From Candidatus Limnocylindria bacterium (lineage in GTDB: Bacteria; Chloroflexota; Limnocylindria; QHBO01), in NCBI GenBank assembly GCA_036380155.1, contig DASVFG010000055.1, positions 1-45,903 of the forward strand: 45,903 bases of DNA. The letters are read 5' to 3'. The position numbers and the translations under genes are program-made. The notes under the pieces are model-generated. The model was not told the DNA's origin. It saw only the letters and a list, made by a program, of their open reading frames with translations, and did no database searches. Of the stretch, positions 1 to 7,966 are shown one piece after another (position 1 is the stretch's first letter; each line of letters opens with the position of its first letter).

Positions 1-1894
1 CGAAGAGATAGTCGATCTGTTCCTTCCAGTTGACGGCCACGACGCGCATCTTCGTCTTCAGCGTCGGGGTCAGCTCCCCGTCCTCCTCCGTCAGGGCGCG
101 CGGCAGCAGGGCCGTGCGGCGCGGACGTTCGTAGATCGCGAAGGCCGCCAGGGCGCGCTTCACCTCGCCGTCGAACAGCTTCTGGACCTCTTTCGTCTCG
201 ATCAGCTGCTCGGGCGGCGCCTCGGCGACGCCGTTGGCGGCGGCCCACTTCTCGAGCTCCTCGAAGTCGGGGGCGATGAGCGCGCCGGTGTACGGCTGGT
301 TGTCGCCGAGGATGACGGCCTGGGCGATGAACTTCGAGGTGGACAGAGCCGCCTCCATCGGCCCGGGCGAGACGTTCTTCCCGTTGCCGAGCACGATGAT
401 GTTCTTCAGCCGGTCGGTGATCTTGATGCGGCCGATCTCGTCGAGCTCGCCGACGTCGCCGGTGTGGAACCACCCCTCCGGATCAACCGCCTTCGCGGTC
501 TCCTCGGGGTTGTTGAGGTAGCCCTGCATGATCTGCGGCCCGCGGACGCAGATCTCGCCGGTGAACTCGTCGATCTTCACCTCGGTCGATGGCGCCGGGG
601 TGCCGACCGTCCCGAACAGGAAGTCGTGCGGGCGGTTGATGCTCACGAAGGGGCTCGTCTCGGTCAGGCCGTAGCCCTCGAGGATGAGGAGGCCCATGCC
701 GTAGAAGAACTCCCCCACCTCGCGCGCCAGCGGCGCCGAACCACTGACGAGGTAGCGGATGTTGCCGCCGGTCCGGGCGCGGATCTTCTTGAAGACGAGC
801 GCGTCGGCCAGGCGGAGCTGGAGGGCGAGCCACGGCGAGTTCGGCTTCCCGGCCAGGTGGTTCGCGTACTTCCGCTCGCCGAGGCCGATGGCCCAGCCGA
901 AGATCTTCTGGCGGTTCGGTGAGCCGGCCTCGACCGTCGCCTTCACCCGGCCGTAGACCCGCTCGTAGAAGCGCGGGACCGCGGCCATGATCGTCGGCTG
1001 CACGTCGACCATGTTCTGCGCCAGGCGCTCGATGAGCGGCTCGGCGTACGCGACCGTCGAACCGAGGCCGAGCGGCAGGAACTCGCCCGCGACCCGCTCG
1101 AAGATGTGCGACAGCGGCAGCCACGAGAGGAACGTGTCGGTCTCGGACAGGTCGATGACCTGGTTGACCGCCTGGAAGTTGAACAGGATGTTCGCGTGGC
1201 TGAGCATCGCGCCCTTCGGGTTGGCGGTCGTGCCCGAGGTGTGGATGACGGTGGCGATCGCGTCCCGGTCGATCGCGGCCCAGCCCTCGCGCCACGTGCG
1301 CCGCGCCGCGGGATCGCTGCCGGCGCGGGCCATGACATCGTCGAACGTCAGCGTGTCATCGGGGAACTTGCCCGAGGCGTCCATGGTGATCACGTGCCGG
1401 AGCGTCGGCACCTCGGCGCGAATGCCGGCGATCTTTGCCGCCTGCTGCGCGTTCTCCACGAACACGACCGTGGCGCCGACGTTGTTGAGGATGAACGCGG
1501 CCTGGTTCGGCTCCGACTGCGGGTAGATCGGGGCGGTGGTGGCACCCGTGGCGAGGGCCGCGAGGTCGCCGATCACCCACTCGGGCCGGGTGCGACCGAC
1601 GACGCAGGCCGTCTGGCCGGGGCCGAGGCCGAGATCGACGAGCCCGAGGGACAGCTCGGTGACCCAGTCCCACATCTCGCGGTACGAGCGGCTGACCCAG
1701 CCGTCGGCATCGGCGCCGGCGTCGGCACGCTTGGCCTTCGGCGCCTTCCAGCGCATCGCCTCGCGGTCGGGGAAGCGCTCGACGGCGCGATGGACGAGAT
1801 CGATCAGGTTCGCCGCATCGCGCTCCGGCGGAACGTGGAGCGGCTCGCCCTGCGCGAGCATCGGGCGGGCCGCGGATGCCTGGGCGGTGGTCAT
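1..1894 (-). CDS. long-chain fatty-acid--CoA ligase (AMP-forming acyl-CoA synthetase); 3' end runs off the window
   Basis: Minus-strand frame is open from ATG at 1894 to the window edge, so it is absent from the ORF track (no stop in window). My translation starts MTTAQASAARPMLAQGEPLHVPPERDAANLIDLVHRAVERFPDREAMRWK. Near nt 1 it reads ...TPTLKTKMRVVAVNWKEQIDYLF, a FadD-type C-terminus. GGAGGAAGG Shine-Dalgarno (revcomp of 1899-1907). Confidence 0.85.
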   Translation of the reverse strand, partial: MTTAQASAARPMLAQGEPLHVPPERDAANLIDLVHRAVERFPDREAMRWKAPKAKRADAGADADGWVSRSYREMWDWVTELSLGLVDLGLGPGQTACVVGRTRPEWVIGDLAALATGATTAPIYPQSEPNQAAFILNNVGATVVFVENAQQAAKIAGIRAEVPTLRHVITMDASGKFPDDTLTFDDVMARAGSDPAARRTWREGWAAIDRDAIATVIHTSGTTANPKGAMLSHANILFNFQAVNQVIDLSETDTFLSWLPLSHIFERVAGEFLPLGLGSTVAYAEPLIERLAQNMVDVQPTIMAAVPRFYERVYGRVKATVEAGSPNRQKIFGWAIGLGERKYANHLAGKPNSPWLALQLRLADALVFKKIRARTGGNIRYLVSGSAPLAREVGEFFYGMGLLILEGYGLTETSPFVSINRPHDFLFGTVGTPAPSTEVKIDEFTGEICVRGPQIMQGYLNNPEETAKAVDPEGWFHTGDVGELDEIGRIKITDRLKNIIVLGNGKNVSPGPMEAALSTSKFIAQAVILGDNQPYTGALIAPDFEELEKWAAANGVAEAPPEQLIETKEVQKLFDGEVKRALAAFAIYERPRRTALLPRALTEEDGELTPTLKTKMRVVAVNWKEQIDYLF

Positions 1895-1910
1895 CGGTCC
1901 TTCCTCCTCG

Positions 1911-3092
1911 TCAGCCGTCACGACGCATCGCGTCGAGCAGTCCCTGCGCGACGATGAGCCGGTGGATCTGGTTCGTGCCTTCGTAGATCTGCGCGCCCTT
2001 CGCGTCGCGCATGAGCCGTTCGACCGGATTGTCGCGTGAGTAGCCGGCGCCGCCGTAGATCTGGACCGCGTCGGTCGTCACGGCCATCGCGGTGTCGGAC
2101 GCGTGCCACTTCGCCATGCTCGACGCCGAGTTGATCGGCTTGCCGGCGTCGCGCAGGCGGGCGGCCCGCCAGGTGAGCAGCCGCGACGCCTCGACGTGCA
2201 CGGCCATCTCGGCCAGCATCGCCTGGATCATCTCCTGGTCGGCGATGGCTCGACCGAACTGCCGCCGCTCGAGGGCGTAGCGCGCCGCCAGCTCCAGGGC
2301 GTTGCGCGCCAGGCCCGTGCAGGCGGCGGCGATGCTGATGCGGCCGGCACCGAGCGCCCCGAGCGCCACGTTCAGCCCCTCCCCCTCCTCGCCCAGGCGG
2401 TTGGCGGCCGGCACCTGCGCGTCCTCGAAGATGAGCTCGTAGCCCGTCGTGCCGCGGATGCCCATCTTCCGCTCCTTCGAGCCGAGGCGGAAGCCGGGCG
2501 TGTCGGCTTCCACGACGAAGGCGGTGATCCCCCGCTTGCCCTTCGCCCGGTCCACGGTGGCGAACACGACATAGCGCGCCGCCTCTCCGCCATTCGTGAT
2601 CCAGATCTTCGTTCCGGTCAGGCGATAGCCGTCGCCGTCACGGTCCGCCCGAAGCGCGAGGCTCGCGGCGTCCGATCCGGCGCCCGGCTCGGTGAGCGCG
2701 AAGGCGCCGAGCTCGCGGCCGGCGGTCATCGGCGGCAGGAATCGGTCCTGCTGCTCCTCGGTGCCGGCGCTGATGATGCAGAGCTGGCTCAGGACGTGGA
2801 CGCTGAGGCTCACCGCGAGACCCATGTCGGCGGCGGCGATCTCCTCCGCGGCCAACGCCCACGCGAACGTGCCCATGCCGGCCCCGCCCACGCGCTCGGG
2901 GTACGGCAGACCGGTCAGCCCGAGCTCGCCCGCCCGGTGGAAGAGGCCGATGTCGTAGCGCTCCTCCTCGTCGCGGGCGGCCGCGCCGGGCAGCACCTCG
3001 CGCTGCGCCCAGTCCCGGACGGTGTCACGGACGGCGCGCTCCTCCTCGCTCAGCGCGAACGGGTCGCGGATCGGCGCCGTCTCGACCGTCAT
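1911..3092 (-). CDS. acyl-CoA dehydrogenase (short-chain / butyryl-CoA dehydrogenase-like)
   Basis: 393-aa ORF with ACAD hallmarks (FALTEPGAGSD, KIWITNGG, catalytic-base context QIYEGTNQIHRL). ATGA start/stop overlap with the upstream hbd-like gene. Confidence 0.93.
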   Translation of the reverse strand: MTVETAPIRDPFALSEEERAVRDTVRDWAQREVLPGAAARDEEERYDIGLFHRAGELGLTGLPYPERVGGAGMGTFAWALAAEEIAAADMGLAVSLSVHVLSQLCIISAGTEEQQDRFLPPMTAGRELGAFALTEPGAGSDAASLALRADRDGDGYRLTGTKIWITNGGEAARYVVFATVDRAKGKRGITAFVVEADTPGFRLGSKERKMGIRGTTGYELIFEDAQVPAANRLGEEGEGLNVALGALGAGRISIAAACTGLARNALELAARYALERRQFGRAIADQEMIQAMLAEMAVHVEASRLLTWRAARLRDAGKPINSASSMAKWHASDTAMAVTTDAVQIYGGAGYSRDNPVERLMRDAKGAQIYEGTNQIHRLIVAQGLLDAMRRDG

Positions 3093-3964
3093 GCGCCGAT
3101 CTTCTTCCCCTGCTCGTCGTAGGTATAGAAGCCCCGGCCCGCCTTGCGGCCGAGGTGGCCGGCGGTGACCATCTGCCGCAGCAGCGGGGCGGCGCGGAAC
3201 TTCGGGTCGCCGAAGCCGCGGTACAGGACGTCCATGACGTTGAGCATCACGTCGTTGCCGATGAAGTCGCTCAGCTCGAGCGGTCCCATCGGGTGGTTGA
3301 GGCCGAGCTTCGCGCCGGTGTCGATGTCCTCGGCCGTCCCGGTCGATTCCATGAGCGCGAAGACCGCCTCGTTGATGAACGGGCCGAGCATCCGGTTCAC
3401 GAGGAACCCCGGATAGTCCTTCGACTCGATCACCGTCTTGCCGAGCTCCTCCGCGAAGCCCTTGCAGGCCGCGTAGGTCGCGTCGTCGGTCTCGAGGCCG
3501 CGGATGATCTCGATGAGCCCCATCACCGGGACCGGCGAGAAGAAGTGGAGGCCGATGAACCGCGGTGCGCGATCGGTCGCCGTCGCGAGGCTGGTGATGC
3601 TGATGCTGCTGGTGTTCGAGGCGAAGATCGCATCGGCGTCGGCGGTGCGAGTGAGCGCCTCCCAGGTCTGGCGCTTCACCGCCTCGTCCTCGAACACCGC
3701 CTCGATGACGAGGCCATGGCCCGCGGCCGCCTCGGTCCCTTCGGCGGTGCTGATGCGGCCGATGAGCTCGTCCGCGGCGGCCCGCTCGATCTTGCCCTTC
3801 TCCACCTGGCGACCGAGGTTGGCGGCCACTCGATCCCGGCCCTTCGCCGCGAGCTCCGCGGTCCGGTCCGCGAGGGTCACCTGCTTGCCGGCCGCCGCGC
3901 TGACCTGGGCGATCCCGTGCCCCATCAGCCCGGCGCCGATGACGTAGACGCGTTCGATGCTCAT
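3089..3964 (-). CDS. hbd: 3-hydroxybutyryl-CoA dehydrogenase (NAD-dependent 3-hydroxyacyl-CoA dehydrogenase)
   Basis: 291-aa ORF. N-terminal Rossmann motif VYVIGAGLMGHGIAQV, then GLHFFSPVPVM and a C-terminal 3HCDH-type helical domain. Confidence 0.93.
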   Translation of the reverse strand: MSIERVYVIGAGLMGHGIAQVSAAAGKQVTLADRTAELAAKGRDRVAANLGRQVEKGKIERAAADELIGRISTAEGTEAAAGHGLVIEAVFEDEAVKRQTWEALTRTADADAIFASNTSSISITSLATATDRAPRFIGLHFFSPVPVMGLIEIIRGLETDDATYAACKGFAEELGKTVIESKDYPGFLVNRMLGPFINEAVFALMESTGTAEDIDTGAKLGLNHPMGPLELSDFIGNDVMLNVMDVLYRGFGDPKFRAAPLLRQMVTAGHLGRKAGRGFYTYDEQGKKIGA

Positions 3965-3973
3965 AGGGTCAGA

Positions 3974-3979
3974 AGCCTA
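3974..3979 (-). promoter_or_regulatory. -10-like hexamer TAGGCT, 9 nt upstream of the hbd ATG (leaderless-type promoter candidate)
   Basis: Revcomp of 3965-3990 reads ...ctggTAGGCTtctgaccctATG. No Shine-Dalgarno between hexamer and start. Confidence 0.4.
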
Positions 3980-4291
3980 CCAGCGCCGTGCGTTGCTCGG
4001 TTGCGAATCGGTTGCCGGCGATCCGGAGCGGGGCGCCCCACCCGCCGCCCTCCGAGGGGCGATTGCCCACCAGCGGAACGAACGGCCACGCAGGGCCCTG
4101 CGCGGTGTGGATGCGGGCCTGAACGTGGCCAGAAGTTGCTCCTGCGCGGACGCGCCGGCCAGGGTGGCCGACGAAGTTGGCCGTTAGTTCCGCCCCGCGA
4201 CAACCCGCGGTGGCGGGCATCAGCGGCCACTCGACCGGGCCGCTGCGACCGCGTGGCGAGCGGCGCACCCTGCACGCATGGACTCGCGACT

Positions 4292-4314
4292 CGGCTGGTT
4301 TGCGGCGCCAGCCG
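4292..4314 (-). terminator. hairpin immediately after the meaB stop (CGGCUGG-9 nt loop-CCAGCCG), no U-tract
   Basis: 7-bp GC-rich inverted repeat at 4292-4298 and 4308-4314, starting 1 nt after the stop at 4316-4318 on the minus strand. Confidence 0.4.
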
Positions 4315-4315
4315 G

Positions 4316-5227
4316 TCAGCGGAGGAGCCGCTCGGCGGCGGTCACCGGGTCGAGCGTCCTGGCGGCCACCTCGTCCACGAGCGTCGGCCACGCGTCCGAC
4401 CCGGCGGCCCGCTGGGCGGCGAGGTCGGCGAGGGCGCGACGGACCTGGTGCTCGGCCCGCTGGCGGGCGGCGATCGGCTCGCGGGCGATGGAGCGGTGCG
4501 CATCGATCGCATCGGCCAGGACGGCGACACCCTCGCCGCTGGTCGCGGTGGTGACATACACGGTCGGCGGCTTCCGGTCGATGCGACCGCCCGCGGTCGA
4601 GAGCATGGCGCGGAGCTGGCGGGCCGCGCGGTCCGCGCCCGGGCGATCCCCCTTGTTGACGGTCACGATGTCGGCGACCTCGAGGAGCCCGGCCTTGATG
4701 GCCTGCACCTCGTCCCCCATCTCCGGCACCTCCACGACCAGGGTCGTCTCGGCGACGCGCGCAACCTCGACCTCGGACTGGCCGGCCCCGACCGTCTCGA
4801 TGAGTACCGGGTCGAATCCCGCGGCGTCGAGCGCGGCCGCGGCGATCCAGGTGGTGGCGGCCACGCCGCCCAGCTCACCGCGGGATGCCATCGACCGCAT
4901 GAACACGTCGCGGTCGGCGGCGTGCTCCATCATCCGGATCCGGTCGCCGAGGATCGCGCCGCGCGTGTACGGCGAGGACGGGTCGACCGCCAGGATGCCG
5001 ACGCGCCGGCCGCGCCGTCGCCACTCCCCGATGAGGGCGTTCACGAGCGTGGACTTGCCCGAGCCCGGCGGCCCGGTGACGCCGACGACGTGCGCCCCAC
5101 GCCCGGCGGCGAAGAGGTCCGGCAGCAGCGCCCGGACCGATGGGTCGCCGTTCTCGATGCGGGTCAGCAGCCGGGCGATCGGCCGCCGTGCTCCCGAGGC
5201 CAGCTCATCGATCGTCGCGTCGGTCAT
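4316..5227 (-). CDS. meaB: MeaB/ArgK-type G-protein chaperone for B12-dependent acyl-CoA mutase
   Basis: 303-aa ORF. P-loop GVTGPPGSGKSTL, switch motif IETVGAGQSE, NKxD as VNKGDR, typical LAVDPSSP...GAILGDRIRM. Confidence 0.92.
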   Translation of the reverse strand: MTDATIDELASGARRPIARLLTRIENGDPSVRALLPDLFAAGRGAHVVGVTGPPGSGKSTLVNALIGEWRRRGRRVGILAVDPSSPYTRGAILGDRIRMMEHAADRDVFMRSMASRGELGGVAATTWIAAAALDAAGFDPVLIETVGAGQSEVEVARVAETTLVVEVPEMGDEVQAIKAGLLEVADIVTVNKGDRPGADRAARQLRAMLSTAGGRIDRKPPTVYVTTATSGEGVAVLADAIDAHRSIAREPIAARQRAEHQVRRALADLAAQRAAGSDAWPTLVDEVAARTLDPVTAAERLLR

Positions 5228-5284
5228 GCAGGCACCTGTGCGGCCATGGTCGCATCGGACGCCACGAGCCGCTGATGACCCGGC

Positions 5285-5689
5285 TCACGGGCGCCGGACG
5301 TGCTCGCGGAAGTAGCGCGCGATCTCGCCGATCGACGTCCCGGGGCCGAAGATCTCCGCCACCCCGGCCTCCTTGAGCTTCACGACGTCCGCATCGGGAA
5401 TGATGCCGCCGGCAGCGACGAGCACGTCGGCCATGCCGCGGTCGCGCAGCAGTGCGACGGTCCGCGGCAGAAGCGCCATGTGCGCGCCGGACAGGATCGA
5501 CAGGCCGACGACGTCGACATCCTCCTGCTCGGCCGCGTCGGCGATCATCTCCGGCGTCTGGCGCAGGCCGGTGTAGATGACCTCGAAGCCCTCGTCCCGG
5601 AGACCGCGGGCGAGCACCTTCGCACCCCGATCGTGGCCGTCGAGGCCCGGCTTGGCGATGAGGATCCGGATCGGCGTGTCAGTCGTCAT
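5285..5689 (-). CDS. B12-binding small subunit of a split acyl-CoA mutase (IcmB/McmS-like)
   Basis: Cobalamin-binding domain with DxHxxG ([11 protein letters not shown]), GLSILSGAH and [11 protein letters not shown] prefer the internal ATG at 5689 ([15 protein letters not shown]); it overlaps the upstream vanZ stop as ATGACGACTGA. The ORF-track start is 5740. Confidence 0.88.
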   Translation of the reverse strand: MTTDTPIRILIAKPGLDGHDRGAKVLARGLRDEGFEVIYTGLRQTPEMIADAAEQEDVDVVGLSILSGAHMALLPRTVALLRDRGMADVLVAAGGIIPDADVVKLKEAGVAEIFGPGTSIGEIARYFREHVRRP

Positions 5690-6095
5690 GCGCCGCCGAT
5701 TGTAGCCAGCCCCGCCAGGCGACCCACCCGAGCGCGACACCGAGCGTGTTGAGCAGCACGTCGTCGATGTCGGCCACGCGGATCGGGAAGCCGTAGCCGG
5801 TCGCCAGCCCCAGCTGCCCCAGCTCGATCATCCCCGAGGCGACGGCGCCGGCCATGACCGTGGCCGCAAGGGGGCGCAGCCCCGGCCACCGCATCGGTCC
5901 GTAGATTCCGAGCGGCAGGATGAGGAGCACATTCCCCACCCACTGCTGGATCTCGAACGGCGTGAGCCCGCCGGCGAGCTGCCGGCCGAGCGTGGCCAAC
6001 GGAACCGCGTTGTGGTCGACGGTCGCGGCCCGCCGTGCCGCCTCGAGCGCCGCCTCGCCGATCGGGAGCGGCAGGAAGACGAACCACGCCACCAC
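5679..6095 (-). CDS. VanZ-like family membrane protein (start uncertain)
   Basis: VanZ pattern: [29 protein letters not shown]...[19 protein letters not shown]. The ORF-track start 6278 would overlap folE by about 150 nt. The first canonical in-frame start after the folE stop is GTG at 6095, which clips the first TM helix ([18 protein letters not shown]). True start probably lies between 6095 and 6128. Confidence 0.7.
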   Translation of the reverse strand: MVAWFVFLPLPIGEAALEAARRAATVDHNAVPLATLGRQLAGGLTPFEIQQWVGNVLLILPLGIYGPMRWPGLRPLAATVMAGAVASGMIELGQLGLATGYGFPIRVADIDDVLLNTLGVALGWVAWRGWLQSAAHDD

Positions 6096-6124
6096 GAGGA
6101 CGTGGAGCGCGATGAGGAGCCGGA

Positions 6125-6709
6125 TCAGGCGCCCGCCTTCCCGATGAGGCCCATGAACTCGGCGCGGGTCCTGGCGTCGCGACGGAACGTTCCGGTCATC
6201 GACGACGTGACCATCGTCGCCTGCTGCTTCTTCACGCCGCGCATCATCGTGCACAGATGGGTCGCTTCCACGACGCACGCGACACCCTTCGGTTCCAGGT
6301 GCTCCATGAGGAAATCGGCCACCTGCACCGTGAGCCGCTCCTGCACCTGGAGGCGTTGCGCGTACATGTCGACGATGCGGGGGATCTTCGACAGCCCGAT
6401 CACCCGGCCCTTCGGCAGGTAGCCGACGTGCGCCTTGCCGATGAACGGCAGCAGGTGGTGCTCACACAGGCTGAAGAACTCGATGTCGCGCACCACGACC
6501 ATCTCGTCGTAGTCGACGGTGAAACATGCGCCGTTGATGAGCGCGTCTGGGTCGACGTGGTAGCCCGCCGTCAGCTCGTCGTACATCCGCCGCACCCGCT
6601 GCGGCGTGCGCGCGAGCCCCTCGCGGGATGGGTCCTCCCCGATCTCCTCGAGCAGGGTGTGGACCGCCGCTTCGAGCGAACCGTCGGGTGCCGTCATGCG
6701 GCGCATCAT
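6125..6709 (-). CDS. folE: GTP cyclohydrolase I
   Basis: 194-aa ORF with FolE motifs ([49 protein letters not shown]). Alternative start at 6697 (MTAPDG...) fits a leaderless promoter. Confidence 0.93.
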   Translation of the reverse strand: MMRRMTAPDGSLEAAVHTLLEEIGEDPSREGLARTPQRVRRMYDELTAGYHVDPDALINGACFTVDYDEMVVVRDIEFFSLCEHHLLPFIGKAHVGYLPKGRVIGLSKIPRIVDMYAQRLQVQERLTVQVADFLMEHLEPKGVACVVEATHLCTMMRGVKKQQATMVTSSMTGTFRRDARTRAEFMGLIGKAGA

Positions 6710-6710
6710 A
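6705..6710 (-). promoter_or_regulatory. -10-like hexamer TATGAT, 7 nt upstream of the alternative folE ATG at 6697
   Basis: Revcomp of 6691-6712 reads cgTATGATgcgccgcATGACGG. The hexamer is formed by the two ATG codons of the longer ORF. Confidence 0.35.
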
Positions 6711-6807
6711 CGGCGTTGACGTTCCAGCCCCTGCCCACGCCGATGGCGACGCGCTACACTCGGAGGCGCCCATCCGACGCCCGGACGACCGCCATCCAGG
6801 GACTGCC

Positions 6808-7374
6808 ATGATCCGTCATCCGAGCTCGAGATCGACTCGATTGGGCCTCCTCGGCTTCACCGGCCGGGATCCGCTGGCCGATGGTCTCGGCCGCCGCCTC
6901 GACGACGATTGGCACTTCTTCCGCGCGCTCGCGCCCGGCGGCATCGAGCCGATCGACGCCATCGTCGTCGGCCCGGGCGGGACCTGGGCGATCAGCACCG
7001 TCGGTGAGCGCGGCCGCTTCGCACGACGCAACGGCCACTGGTACCTCCAGCACCGATCCACCGCCTCGTGGGTGCCGTGGGACGCCGCACCGATCACTGC
7101 CGCGCGGCTCGCCGCCCGCCGGCTCAGCCTCTACCTCGAGCGCGCCGGGCTGCCGGCGGAGGTGACCGGCGCCATCGTTCCGCCCGCGGACATGACGGTC
7201 GAGGCGGCGCCCGGCGAGTCGATCGGGGTCGTTGTCGAGCGCGAGCCCGAGCGCCTCGCCGGCACGCTCGTCGCGGAGGCCCTGCTCAGCCAGGCGCAGG
7301 TCGATCGGATCGTCGCGCTCCTGGATCCGCGTCAACCGCTGCCGCAGCTGGCGCCGTCGACACCCCACGGGTGA
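6808..7374 (+). CDS. NERD (nuclease-related) domain protein
   Basis: [23 protein letters not shown] preceded by [15 protein letters not shown] matches the NERD core. Internal ATG at 6808 chosen; the longer ORF from 6628 would overlap folE. Confidence 0.75.
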   Translation: MIRHPSSRSTRLGLLGFTGRDPLADGLGRRLDDDWHFFRALAPGGIEPIDAIVVGPGGTWAISTVGERGRFARRNGHWYLQHRSTASWVPWDAAPITAARLAARRLSLYLERAGLPAEVTGAIVPPADMTVEAAPGESIGVVVEREPERLAGTLVAEALLSQAQVDRIVALLDPRQPLPQLAPSTPHG

Positions 7375-7966
7375 GGGCCGCGTAGGCCGCCACCACCAAG
7401 GCACCGGTCGTCCACCCGGCGAGCACGTCCGTCGGAAAGTGGACGCCCAGCCAGACGCGTGACAGTCCGATGAGGGCGACGAGCGTCCCGAGCGCGACGA
7501 CGACCGCCGCCCGCACACCGCGCGGAAGGCGCGTCCGCATGACGAGCACCGCGAGGATGCCGTAGGCCGTCATCGACAGCGTTGAGTGTCCCGACGGGAA
7601 GCTGAACCCGTGCTCGATCACGAGCGGGTCGAGGATGTCCGGCCGCGCGCGCGCCATCACGGCCTTCAGGAGCTCGACACCGAGTGAGGCGAGACCGATG
7701 ACCGCGGCACCGATGACGCCGTGCCGCCACGGGCCGATGAGCACCCCGACCGCCGCGACGATTGCCGCCACCACGATCACGGCTCCGGTGGAGCCCAGGT
7801 GGGTCAGAGGGCCAAGGAAGGCGAGCGCATCGTGGTACTCGGGGGCCCGCACGGCCTCGATCACGGCGTGGTCGAACGCGTCGGTCCGAGCGGACGCGAC
7901 GAGCACGGCCAGGCCGATGACGAGGAGCACGGCGCCGATGACGAGCGGGGAGAGGCGGGTGACCAT
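7286..7966 (-). CDS. PAP2-family (phosphatidic acid / undecaprenyl-diphosphate type) membrane phosphatase
   Basis: Complete tripartite PAP2 motif: KAVMARARP, PSGH, SRVWLGVHFPTD. About 6 TM helices. Start at internal ATG 7966 (MVTRLSPLVIG). Confidence 0.88.
   Translation of the reverse strand: MVTRLSPLVIGAVLLVIGLAVLVASARTDAFDHAVIEAVRAPEYHDALAFLGPLTHLGSTGAVIVVAAIVAAVGVLIGPWRHGVIGAAVIGLASLGVELLKAVMARARPDILDPLVIEHGFSFPSGHSTLSMTAYGILAVLVMRTRLPRGVRAAVVVALGTLVALIGLSRVWLGVHFPTDVLAGWTTGALVVAAYAALTRGVSTAPAAAAVDADPGARRSDRPAPG

Noticed and set aside
3980-4291. Possible cobalamin riboswitch (next to B12 mutase genes) or a tRNA. GGTTGCGAATCGG at 3999-4011 resembles a T-arm or the GGTGCGAATCC riboswitch segment, and GCCACTC lies in a hairpin loop at 4226-4232.
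   Set aside because: I could not assemble the conserved B12-box / core helices or a cloverleaf on either strand, and the orientation does not place it in front of a B12-related gene. It is kept only as a generic structured spacer in the findings; an Rfam scan is needed.
3155-5275. 706-aa plus-strand ORF spanning hbd, the spacer and meaB.
   Set aside because: Antisense shadow of two clearly identified minus-strand genes. It crosses a non-coding spacer and has no recognisable domains.
6716-6760. TTGACG (6716-6721) and TACACT (6755-6760), a possible sigma-70-type promoter for the NERD gene.
   Set aside because: The two hexamers are 33 nt apart, far beyond a functional 16-19-nt spacer. Either may act with an unseen partner, but the pair is not a promoter.
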